Below are positions 20,511 to 28,441 of a DNA stretch of 64,000 nt, one piece after another. The stretch is from an uncultured bacterium. GTDB lineage: Bacteria; Bacteroidota; Bacteroidia; Bacteroidales; Rikenellaceae. Under the pieces are notes generated by a model, which was not told the DNA's origin, made no database searches, and saw only the letters and a list, made by a program, of their open reading frames with translations. The translations under genes were made by a program, and so were the position numbers. The stretch's first letter is position 1. Every line of letters begins with the position of its first letter. The stretch spans positions 143,441 through 207,440 of the forward strand of contig CAJMNH010000004.1 of the NCBI GenBank assembly GCA_905214725.1. Reading direction: 5' to 3'.

Positions 20511-21221
20511 CTACCCGAGAATGAAGATCGCCGGACGTTTGTTCAACTCCGGCAACTGCGATCGCCGCCAATCGGCGATACGGCGCGTAATCACCGTCTC
20601 ATCCGGTGCGGTAAGATCCTTCGCGACGGTCAGCAGGGTATCCGGCGCGCAAATTTGCAACAACTGTTCGACCAGTTTCACATTGCGGTAAGGCGTCTCG
20701 ATAAAGAGCTGCGCCTGATGCTCGGCGTGCGCACGCCGCTCGAAGGTACGGATCGCCCGCGCCCGCTCGTCGGGTTTGACGGGCAGATAGCCGTTGAAGG
20801 CGAACGACTGGCCGTTGAGTCCCGACGCCATCATCGCCAGCAGGATCGACGAAGGGCCGACCAGCGGCACGACGCGAATCCCGCGCCGATGACACAGCGC
20901 GACCACCAAGGCCCCGGGATCGGCCACACCCGGCACGCCCGCCTCCGAAATGACACCCGCCGAACGCCCCGCCTCGATCGGAGCGATCAACTCCTCTACC
21001 TCGCGTCCGGCAACCGTATGTTCGTTCAATTCGCGGAATTCCAATTCATCAATAGACAGGCCCAATTTGGCCCTCGAGAGGAAGCGCCGCGCCGAACGGG
21101 TGTTTTCGACGATAAAATAGTCCAACGCCGCCATCACCGCGCGGTTGGCGGCGGGCAGTACATCCCACACATCGCCCTCGTCGGCAATCGGGCAGGGAAT
21201 CAAATAGAGGGTTCCGGGCAT
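20511..21221 (-). CDS. SAM-dependent methyltransferase, tetrapyrrole-methylase fold (RsmI-like)
   Basis: 236 aa. GTLYLIPCPIADEG N-terminus and GVPGVADPG motif resemble the RsmI/YraL family. Confidence 0.7.
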   Translation of the reverse strand: MPGTLYLIPCPIADEGDVWDVLPAANRAVMAALDYFIVENTRSARRFLSRAKLGLSIDELEFRELNEHTVAGREVEELIAPIEAGRSAGVISEAGVPGVADPGALVVALCHRRGIRVVPLVGPSSILLAMMASGLNGQSFAFNGYLPVKPDERARAIRTFERRAHAEHQAQLFIETPYRNVKLVEQLLQICAPDTLLTVAKDLTAPDETVITRRIADWRRSQLPELNKRPAIFILG

Positions 21222-21230
21222 CTTCTGCGT

Positions 21231-23591
21231 CTATTCTTTGAGATAAATCCGTTTCACGCGGCCTGCGACCGACGTAAGTATTTCATAGGGGATCGTGCCG
21301 AGCACGGCGGCCATCTCTTCCGGCGTATTTCCCGCCGCAGGCGAGAAGACCACCGCTTCGTCGCCTTCGTTCACTCCTTCGATACCGGTAATATCGATCA
21401 TGCAGCTGTCCATGCAGACGCGGCCCAAGATCGGCGCGAGCCGTCCTTTGACGAGCATCGACCATGCGCCGCATCCCAGATGTCGATCCAGTCCGTCGGC
21501 ATAGCCGATCGGTACGGTCGCCGTCACCGTGGGTCGCGTCAACACGCCCGCGCGGCCGTATCCCACCGTTTCGGGCGGAGTCAGACGCTTGATCTGCACG
21601 ATACGGGTGCGCAGCGTCGAGACGGGGCGCAACGCCGCATTGTGTTCGAACCCGAAGCCGTAGAGCCCCAACCCCAACCGGCACAGATCATACTGCGCTT
21701 CGGGAAACCGCTCGATGGCGGCCGAGTTGGCCGTATGGCGCAGAACAGGATAAGGCAACGCCTCCTTAATCCGGCCGCTCATGCGGTCGAAACGCGCGAT
21801 CTGCAACCGCGTGAAGTCGTCCTGCGACGGATCGTCCGACGTACAGAGATGCGCGAAAACAGTTGTCACGCGCACCGTCCGCCCGCAGCGGCCGAGCGCA
21901 TCGAGCAGCGCGGGCAGCTCCTCCTCCACGAAGCCTAAGCGGTGCATTCCCGTATCGAGTTTGACATGGATCGGATAGCGCTGCTCGCCGTAACGCCCCA
22001 CGGCCGCCGCGAACTCGCCGAGCGACCGCAGACTGTAAATCTCCGGTTCGAGCCGGTTGGCCACCATTGCGTCGAAACTGTCGGCGTCGGCATTGAGCAC
22101 CACGATCGGCATCGTGATGCCGCGTTCGCGCAGCAGCACCCCCTCGTCGGCGAATGCCACGGCCAGATAATCCACGCCCTGATGTTGCAGCAGCTGCGCC
22201 ACCTCGAAATCGCCCGCGCCATAGCTGCCGGCCTTGACCATGGCCACGAGCCGCACGCCCTGCCGCAACCGCGACCGGAAATAATTCAGATTGTGAACCA
22301 TAGCATCCAGATCGACCTCCAATACCGTCGTATGGCTTTTACGCGAAAGCGCATGTTCCAGTCTCTCGAAGCGGCTGTCGCGATTGCCTTTCAGCAGCAC
22401 GGCGCGCCCCGCGATGTCGGCGCGGTCGATGCGCCGCAGATAGTCGTCGGTCGAGGCATAAAAGGCCTTCTCGCAGGCGAACAGCGCCGCGTGGGCCTGC
22501 AATTTCGGCCCGATGCCGACAATCCGCTCCACGCCGGCCGCCGCGACCATCGCCGCCACGCGCGCGTAGAGGTCGCCGTCGTCCATACCGCTTTGAAGGA
22601 TATCCGAAAGAATCAACGTCGTGGGACGTCCCGCCGCCACGCTGTGCAGGTAATCGAGGGCGATGCCCAACGAATTGATATCGGAATTATAAGCGTCGTC
22701 GACCAGCAGCGAATCGTTGATCCCCTCCTTCACCTCCAAACGCATCGCCACGGGCTGCAACTGCCCGAAATCGGGAGCCGGCCGCCCCATGACCCGCCAG
22801 AAAGTCTCCACCAGCTGGGAGTTACGCTCGGAGGCCGCATCGGCGAACCCGCCGCCTGCAACCTTCGCCGCATCATAGAGTTCATGCCCTTCGGCATAGA
22901 CTTCGCGCAGCATCGACGCCATCGGTTCATAGACGCCGTGATAGACGATTTTCGGCGCATGAAGCGCCAGCAACAGTTTCTCGGCGCACTTCTCCTCCAG
23001 CGAAGCGAAGTGCTCCTGATGGGCGTCGCCCAGCGAGGTGAAAATCGCCACGTCGGGCGAGATCATCCGCTCCAGCCGCGCCATCTCGCCGGGCAGCGAA
23101 ATTCCCGCCTCGATCAAGGCGACCTTCTCGTCGCCCTCGATCATCAGCAACGACAGCGCCGCGCCCAACTGCGAATTGTAACTGCGCGGCGAACGGAAGA
23201 GTTTCACTCCGGCGGGAACCGTCTGGGCGATCCACTCCTTGACGACCGTCTTGCCGTTCGAGCCGGTGATGCCGACCACCGTGCCGCCGAAACGACGGCG
23301 CCAGTCGGCTGCCAAACGCTGCAAGGCGTCGATCGCGTTACCGACCACGATGCAGCCGGCTCCGGGACGCGCTTCGATCGGTCGTTCGACCAGAAAAGCC
23401 CGCACGCCGCGGGCGTACATTTCGTCGACAAAAGCGTGCGAATCGTGCCGTGCGCCGCGCATGGCGACGAACAGCGGCGCGGCCGGCATCCCGCAGTTGC
23501 GGCTGTCGGTCACGATCTCCGTCACACGCTGGTTCTCACCGGTGAAGATTCCTTCGCAAATGCGTGCGATTTCGCTTAGCGTATAATCCAT
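21231..23591 (-). CDS. murF-alr: Bifunctional UDP-MurNAc-tripeptide--D-Ala-D-Ala ligase (MurF) / alanine racemase (Alr)
   Basis: 786 aa. N-terminal Mur ligase P-loop GITGSNGKT. C-terminal half has the alanine racemase PLP-Lys region AMVKAGSYGAG and the CMD motif. Confidence 0.85.
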   Translation of the reverse strand: MDYTLSEIARICEGIFTGENQRVTEIVTDSRNCGMPAAPLFVAMRGARHDSHAFVDEMYARGVRAFLVERPIEARPGAGCIVVGNAIDALQRLAADWRRRFGGTVVGITGSNGKTVVKEWIAQTVPAGVKLFRSPRSYNSQLGAALSLLMIEGDEKVALIEAGISLPGEMARLERMISPDVAIFTSLGDAHQEHFASLEEKCAEKLLLALHAPKIVYHGVYEPMASMLREVYAEGHELYDAAKVAGGGFADAASERNSQLVETFWRVMGRPAPDFGQLQPVAMRLEVKEGINDSLLVDDAYNSDINSLGIALDYLHSVAAGRPTTLILSDILQSGMDDGDLYARVAAMVAAAGVERIVGIGPKLQAHAALFACEKAFYASTDDYLRRIDRADIAGRAVLLKGNRDSRFERLEHALSRKSHTTVLEVDLDAMVHNLNYFRSRLRQGVRLVAMVKAGSYGAGDFEVAQLLQHQGVDYLAVAFADEGVLLRERGITMPIVVLNADADSFDAMVANRLEPEIYSLRSLGEFAAAVGRYGEQRYPIHVKLDTGMHRLGFVEEELPALLDALGRCGRTVRVTTVFAHLCTSDDPSQDDFTRLQIARFDRMSGRIKEALPYPVLRHTANSAAIERFPEAQYDLCRLGLGLYGFGFEHNAALRPVSTLRTRIVQIKRLTPPETVGYGRAGVLTRPTVTATVPIGYADGLDRHLGCGAWSMLVKGRLAPILGRVCMDSCMIDITGIEGVNEGDEAVVFSPAAGNTPEEMAAVLGTIPYEILTSVAGRVKRIYLKE

Positions 23592-23603
23592 CGTCTCTTC
23601 GAT

Positions 23604-26099
23604 TTAATCCGCGCGGAACGTTACCACCGTGATGCCCGCGCCGCCGCGGTCGGCATGTTCGTCGGCGACGCTCTCTATGCCGGAAACCGTGCGCAAATAG
23701 CGGCGGATCTCCTCCTTGAGCGCGCCCGTTCCCTTGCCGTGAAGGATCGTCACCGAGCCGACGCCCACCATCAGCGCATCGTCGATGAAGGTCTGAACCT
23801 CCTCGACCGCTTCGGCGGCGCGCATCCCGCGCACGTCGATATGATCCTTGAAATTGAGCTTGCGCGCCGCCACATCGACCGATACCACCGTACGCGCCGT
23901 AACAGGCCGCGTCGCGTCGCGGTATTCGCTGTTCGACACCACGCGCAGACGCTTCTTGTCGACCATCGTCAGCAATTGGCCGAAGGCCACCTGCGCCTTA
24001 TTTCCTTTGAGCATTCGCACCACACCGGGCGTCTCCTGCCCTTCGAGTACCACCTTCGAGCCGACCTCGACCTCGCGCGGCGGAACGACGACGGGCGGCG
24101 TATCGGTCGTCGCAACAGGTTGGCGGCGACGCTCCTCGCGGCGTTCGCGGCGGCGCTGCAACTTCTCCATCTCGCGGTCGATACGGGCCGCCTTTTCGGG
24201 GTCGACGGCGTCCGCCTGTTCGACCTTCTCCTTGAACTCGTCGAGATCGCGCCGGATGAGCCGCGTCATTTCACGTTCGGCCTGCGCCTCGCGAATCTCT
24301 TTGATCGTCTGCTCGATGCGACGGTTGGCCTCGGCCACCAGTTCCTTGGCTTCCGCTTTGGCTGCCCGCAAAATCTCGCTCCGCTCCTGCCGGATGCGGG
24401 CCAGTTGCGCGGCATAACTCTGCTCCAACTCTTCGATCTTGCGATCCGTCAGGCGGATGCGGTCGCGCTTCTGCTCCCAATACCGCTTGTCGCGCGCGAT
24501 CTCGCGCAGCTGCTTCTCCAGATTGATATGGTCCGAACCCGCCTTGTCGCTCGCCGCACGGATGATCTCTTCGGGCAGACCGATCTTGCGGGCGATCTCC
24601 ACGGCGAACGAACTGCCGGGCTTGCCGATTTCGAGTTTGAACAGTGGACGGATCTGCTGCACGTCGAACAGCATCGCGCCGTTGGCTACCCCTTCGGCAT
24701 TCGACGCGTAATATTTGATATTGGCGTAATGCGTCGTGATGACCCCGTAACAGCCGCGATCGAGCAACCGCTCGAGAATCGCCTCGGCGATGGCGCCGCC
24801 GATCACGGGTTCGGTTCCCGAACCGAATTCGTCGATCAGCGCCAGCGTACGGTCGGACGCTCCGGCCAGCATGTTCTTCATGTTGCGCAGGTGCGACGAA
24901 TAGGTCGACAGATCGTCGTCGATTGACTGCTCGTCGCCGATGTCGATGAAGATCGACCGGAAGACGGGCAGTTCCGAGACCTCCGACGCCGGCACGGGAT
25001 AGCCGCACTGGAACATATACTGAACCAGCCCCGTCGTTTTCAGGCAGACCGACTTTCCGCCGGCATTGGGGCCCGAAATCACGAGAATGCGCTTGTGCCG
25101 GTCGAGCGACAGATCGAGCGGAACGACCTCTCGCCCCTGCGCCCGAAGCGTCTGCTGCAAGAGCGGGTGACGCGCCGTACGCAGTTCCAACCGGTCATCG
25201 GTCGAAACGATCGGTTTGCCGGCATCGTTGGCAAGCGCCCAGCGCGCCTTGGCGCGGATCATGTCGATACCGGCCAGATAGTCGCCCGCATCGGCGATCG
25301 GCTCCGCATCGGGGCGGATCGAATCGGTGAAGGCGCTCAGCACCTTGACCACCTCGCGCCGCTCTGCATACTCCAACTCTTTGAGTTCATTGTTGATTTC
25401 GACCACCTCGACCGGCTCGATATAAAACGTGCGTCCGGTGGCCGACTCGTCGTGGATAAATCCCTGCAACTTGCGCTTGTTGACCGCCGCAACGGGGATC
25501 ACCGTCCGTCCGTCTCGCACCGACAAGGTTGCGTCGGCCTCGACGATTCCGGCCTGCTTGGCCCGCTGCAATACCTGCTGCAACCGCTTGGCGGCCTGCC
25601 CCTCGCGCTCGCGGATAGCGCGGCGCACCTGCTGCAATTCGGGCGAAGCGCTGTCCTTCACCTCGCCGTACGCATCGAGAATCGCATCGATCGCCCGCAC
25701 GATGTCGGGGAAAAGCGTCACACGGCGACTCATCTCCCACAAACGGGGATAACGCTCCTCGCCGCGCCCCAGCACGAACTCCGCAATCGCCCCGACGGTG
25801 GCGAGCGCCTTACGCAACTGAGCCACTTCGGAAGCGAGCAGATAGCCCCCTTCGACCTTGATTTTCGCCACCAGCGGCGCCGGATCGGGATAATCGCCGT
25901 CAGGGAAGTCGCGTTCGAGCATCAACAGCGAACGCATCTCGTTCATCAGCGACAAACGCCGTTCGATCTCGTCGGCCGAAGTCGAAAAACCCTCCCCTGC
26001 AAGTTTTCCGGCGGCCGAGCGGGTCGAGCAAAGCGCCGTCACCTGTTCGCGGATACGATCGAAACCGATCTTCTCTTCAAAATTCGCCGGATAGATCAT
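23604..26099 (-). CDS. mutS2: Endonuclease MutS2 (MutS ATPase domain plus C-terminal Smr domain)
   Basis: 831 aa. Walker A GPNAGGKS, long coiled coil, C-terminal Smr (DVRGMRAAEA ... ILHGKGTGALK). Confidence 0.9.
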   Translation of the reverse strand: MIYPANFEEKIGFDRIREQVTALCSTRSAAGKLAGEGFSTSADEIERRLSLMNEMRSLLMLERDFPDGDYPDPAPLVAKIKVEGGYLLASEVAQLRKALATVGAIAEFVLGRGEERYPRLWEMSRRVTLFPDIVRAIDAILDAYGEVKDSASPELQQVRRAIREREGQAAKRLQQVLQRAKQAGIVEADATLSVRDGRTVIPVAAVNKRKLQGFIHDESATGRTFYIEPVEVVEINNELKELEYAERREVVKVLSAFTDSIRPDAEPIADAGDYLAGIDMIRAKARWALANDAGKPIVSTDDRLELRTARHPLLQQTLRAQGREVVPLDLSLDRHKRILVISGPNAGGKSVCLKTTGLVQYMFQCGYPVPASEVSELPVFRSIFIDIGDEQSIDDDLSTYSSHLRNMKNMLAGASDRTLALIDEFGSGTEPVIGGAIAEAILERLLDRGCYGVITTHYANIKYYASNAEGVANGAMLFDVQQIRPLFKLEIGKPGSSFAVEIARKIGLPEEIIRAASDKAGSDHINLEKQLREIARDKRYWEQKRDRIRLTDRKIEELEQSYAAQLARIRQERSEILRAAKAEAKELVAEANRRIEQTIKEIREAQAEREMTRLIRRDLDEFKEKVEQADAVDPEKAARIDREMEKLQRRRERREERRRQPVATTDTPPVVVPPREVEVGSKVVLEGQETPGVVRMLKGNKAQVAFGQLLTMVDKKRLRVVSNSEYRDATRPVTARTVVSVDVAARKLNFKDHIDVRGMRAAEAVEEVQTFIDDALMVGVGSVTILHGKGTGALKEEIRRYLRTVSGIESVADEHADRGGAGITVVTFRAD

Positions 26100-26136
26100 G
26101 GTGCGTCCGATAGGGTTTTGAAACGGAAAGGCCGCG

Positions 26137-27132
26137 CTACTCGGCAGCCGGCAGCGAATCGGTTATCGAAATCGTAGCCCCCTTCATTTTGACCTTTTCA
26201 CCCTTGTCCTTGCGGCCGAAAATCGAGAAATGGACATAGCGTTTGGGATGCGCTTTGAGATCCGCCAGCAACGCCGCCAGATTGGCGCTCGCCGTTTCCA
26301 GCGACTCGTAGAGCTTCGGATCGTTCATCAGTTTGCCGACCGTTCCCTGTCCCTCGTTGATACGGGCGACGGTCTCGTTCAGTTCGCCGAGCGTCGTACG
26401 CAGACCGAGCGACAGCGAGTCGATGTCGGCCTCGGTCAATTGCTGCGAGAAACGATCCAGATTGGCGATCATCGACGAGAATCGCTCGGAATTTTCGCCC
26501 AGCGCCGTCGAAAATTTGCCGATGTTGTCGATCGCCGTCTTCAAATTCCCCTTTTCGGTCGCCAGCACGGCGTCCATATTGCCCGAAATAGAATTCAGAT
26601 GCATCAACGTCCCGTCGATATTCCCCTTGTTGTCTTTCAGAAGGGCGTTGACGCTTTCGAGCGTCACGGAGAGATTGTCCATCACACGCGTCAGCCGCTC
26701 CTTCACATCGGCCAGTTCCGTACCGGCCGCCGCCAGCATGTCGCGCGTCTCGGCAGCATGCAGCGTATCGCCTTTCGACAACATTTCCGGGCTGTTTCCC
26801 ATCTCGATGGCGATCGCCTTGCCGCCCATCAGTCCGTCGCTGTAAATCCGCGCTTCGGAATCGCTCGGAATTCGGAACGTCCGCCGCACGGTGAGTTGCA
26901 GCACGACGTTGCGGCTCACCGAAGGATTGAAACCGATGGCGGTGACGGTGCCCACCTTGACGCCTTGGATGGTCACGGGCGTGGCGGTCTGAATGCCGTT
27001 GATTTCGGGATACGCCACATAGTAGGGAATGTTGCGGCTGAAGATGTCGATGCCGCTCAAAAAGCGGATGCCGCCCCACAGGCAGCCCAGCATGATAACG
27101 GCGAAAACGCCTATTTTTACTTCTCGTCTCAT
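26137..27132 (-). CDS. MlaD/MCE family protein
   Basis: 331 aa. N-terminal TM anchor, then MCE fold signature GIQTATPVTIQGVKVGTV. Helical C-terminal region. Confidence 0.75.
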   Translation of the reverse strand: MRREVKIGVFAVIMLGCLWGGIRFLSGIDIFSRNIPYYVAYPEINGIQTATPVTIQGVKVGTVTAIGFNPSVSRNVVLQLTVRRTFRIPSDSEARIYSDGLMGGKAIAIEMGNSPEMLSKGDTLHAAETRDMLAAAGTELADVKERLTRVMDNLSVTLESVNALLKDNKGNIDGTLMHLNSISGNMDAVLATEKGNLKTAIDNIGKFSTALGENSERFSSMIANLDRFSQQLTEADIDSLSLGLRTTLGELNETVARINEGQGTVGKLMNDPKLYESLETASANLAALLADLKAHPKRYVHFSIFGRKDKGEKVKMKGATISITDSLPAAE

Positions 27133-27144
27133 AATCGATTATGT

Positions 27145-28317
27145 TTATTGGACTACCGAATCGCCTTCGTAACGCACGATATAAGCGTCTTTGAAGCTCT
27201 TCTGCACCTGCGGCAGCGCGCGTTTGGCCTCCGCCTGCGTCTTGTAACGGCCCACGCAATACTTATATCCGTACCGACCTGCGGAACGCAGCTCGATCAC
27301 CTCGTTTTTGTAACTCTTGAATTGCCAGTCGTCGGATTTCAAATGCTTGGTGCTGGCCAGAATCTGTATCGTATAGCCGCTCGCCGATTTTTTCGCAGAG
27401 GCGGATTTCGCAGGCTGCGACGACTCTTTCACGACAGGCGCAGATTTTGCGGCTGCGGGATCGGGCGAAACCGGATTCGGAGCCGGTTCGAGCGAAGGCT
27501 GCGCCGTCGCATCGTCGCACTCTTCGATCAACTGCATCCCCCGCACGAAATTCACATATTCCTTCACTGCGTTGAACAGCGAACGGGCGATCTCGTTCTG
27601 CCCCTTCTCGGAACACATGTAGCGCAGCTCTTCAGGGTTGGACATGAACCCGATCTCGGTCAATACGCCCGGCATGTTCGTTGCGTACAGCACTTTAAGC
27701 AACTGCGGTTTGGTTTTGCGCACATAACGCCCCGCCTGCTTGTAGTTCTTTTCCAGCAACCGCGCCATCGCCTCGCTGTATTCGCCGTAAGTAAAACGCA
27801 GGTTGGAGATGTAGGCGCGCACGATGGCCGCCGTGCGCTGATCGCTCATATCGATGAACTCCTCCTTGTTGTTGGCGAAGAGCACCTCGTCGTTGATGCG
27901 CTGTTCGAGCGGACTTTCGCCCATGATCAGCGTCTCGACCCCCCGCGCCGCTGCGGCAGGCGCCGCATTGGTATGGATCGAAAGGAACAGATCGCCTTCG
28001 GCCCTGTTGGCAATGTCGGCACGCGCCTGCAAGTCCTTGGTCAGCGACTCGGAAAACTGCTTGTCCGTCTTGCGGGTATAAACCACTTTTATCTCGGGCA
28101 GTTCCCGTTCGATAAGCGCACCCAGTTTGAGCGCGACTTTCAGGTTGAGATCCTTCTCGTAAATTCCGCGATAGTGCGCGCCGGGAAACTTCGGGCCGCC
28201 GTGGCCGGCATCGATGACGATAACCCGCACGCCGCGCGCAATATTTTCCGCTCCGGCTCCGTTCGCACAGAGTGCGAACCATACACAAAGCGATATGACA
28301 AAAACCAGACGCCGCAT
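27145..28317 (-). CDS. N-acetylmuramoyl-L-alanine amidase (Amidase_3) with C-terminal SPOR domain
   Basis: VIVIDAGHGG ... SIHTNA amidase motifs. C-terminal YTIQILAS...YCVGRYKTQAEA is SPOR-like. Confidence 0.85.
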   Translation of the reverse strand: MRRLVFVISLCVWFALCANGAGAENIARGVRVIVIDAGHGGPKFPGAHYRGIYEKDLNLKVALKLGALIERELPEIKVVYTRKTDKQFSESLTKDLQARADIANRAEGDLFLSIHTNAAPAAAARGVETLIMGESPLEQRINDEVLFANNKEEFIDMSDQRTAAIVRAYISNLRFTYGEYSEAMARLLEKNYKQAGRYVRKTKPQLLKVLYATNMPGVLTEIGFMSNPEELRYMCSEKGQNEIARSLFNAVKEYVNFVRGMQLIEECDDATAQPSLEPAPNPVSPDPAAAKSAPVVKESSQPAKSASAKKSASGYTIQILASTKHLKSDDWQFKSYKNEVIELRSAGRYGYKYCVGRYKTQAEAKRALPQVQKSFKDAYIVRYEGDSVVQ

Positions 28318-28360
28318 GGCAAAAGTGGGATTAACTATGGTGTTTCTCTAAATTTTTACC

Positions 28361-28368
28361 TATCTTTG
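28361..28368 (+). promoter_or_regulatory. -7 promoter box TATCTTTG for the LptD-like gene
   Basis: Only 5 nt before the track ATG at 28373. This argues for the downstream ATG at 28442 as the real start. Confidence 0.45.
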
Positions 28369-28441
28369 TCGGATGCAAAATCGGCCTCAGATAGATGCAG
28401 AGGCTCGATTTAGGCGGTTTTGCCGACTCGTCGGCAAAGGT

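Noticed and set aside
20394-23579. Plus-strand ORFs 20394-21938 (514 aa) and 21942-23579 (545 aa)
   Set aside because: Antisense to the methylase and murF-alr genes. Low-complexity Arg/His-rich sequence.
26198-28413. 353-aa minus-strand alternative frame over the mlaD-like gene, and a 727-aa plus-strand ORF (26230-28413)
   Set aside because: Both overlap well-supported MlaD and amidase genes and are Arg/Gly-rich with no recognisable domains.
28373-28441. Track starts that fall inside or right after promoter boxes (28373 ATG, 57436 TTG, 40656 TTG, 36034 TTG, 10044 TTG)
   Set aside because: The ORF track shows non-ATG starts as M. In each case a downstream ATG gives a proper signal peptide or leaves normal spacing from a TAnnTTTG box.
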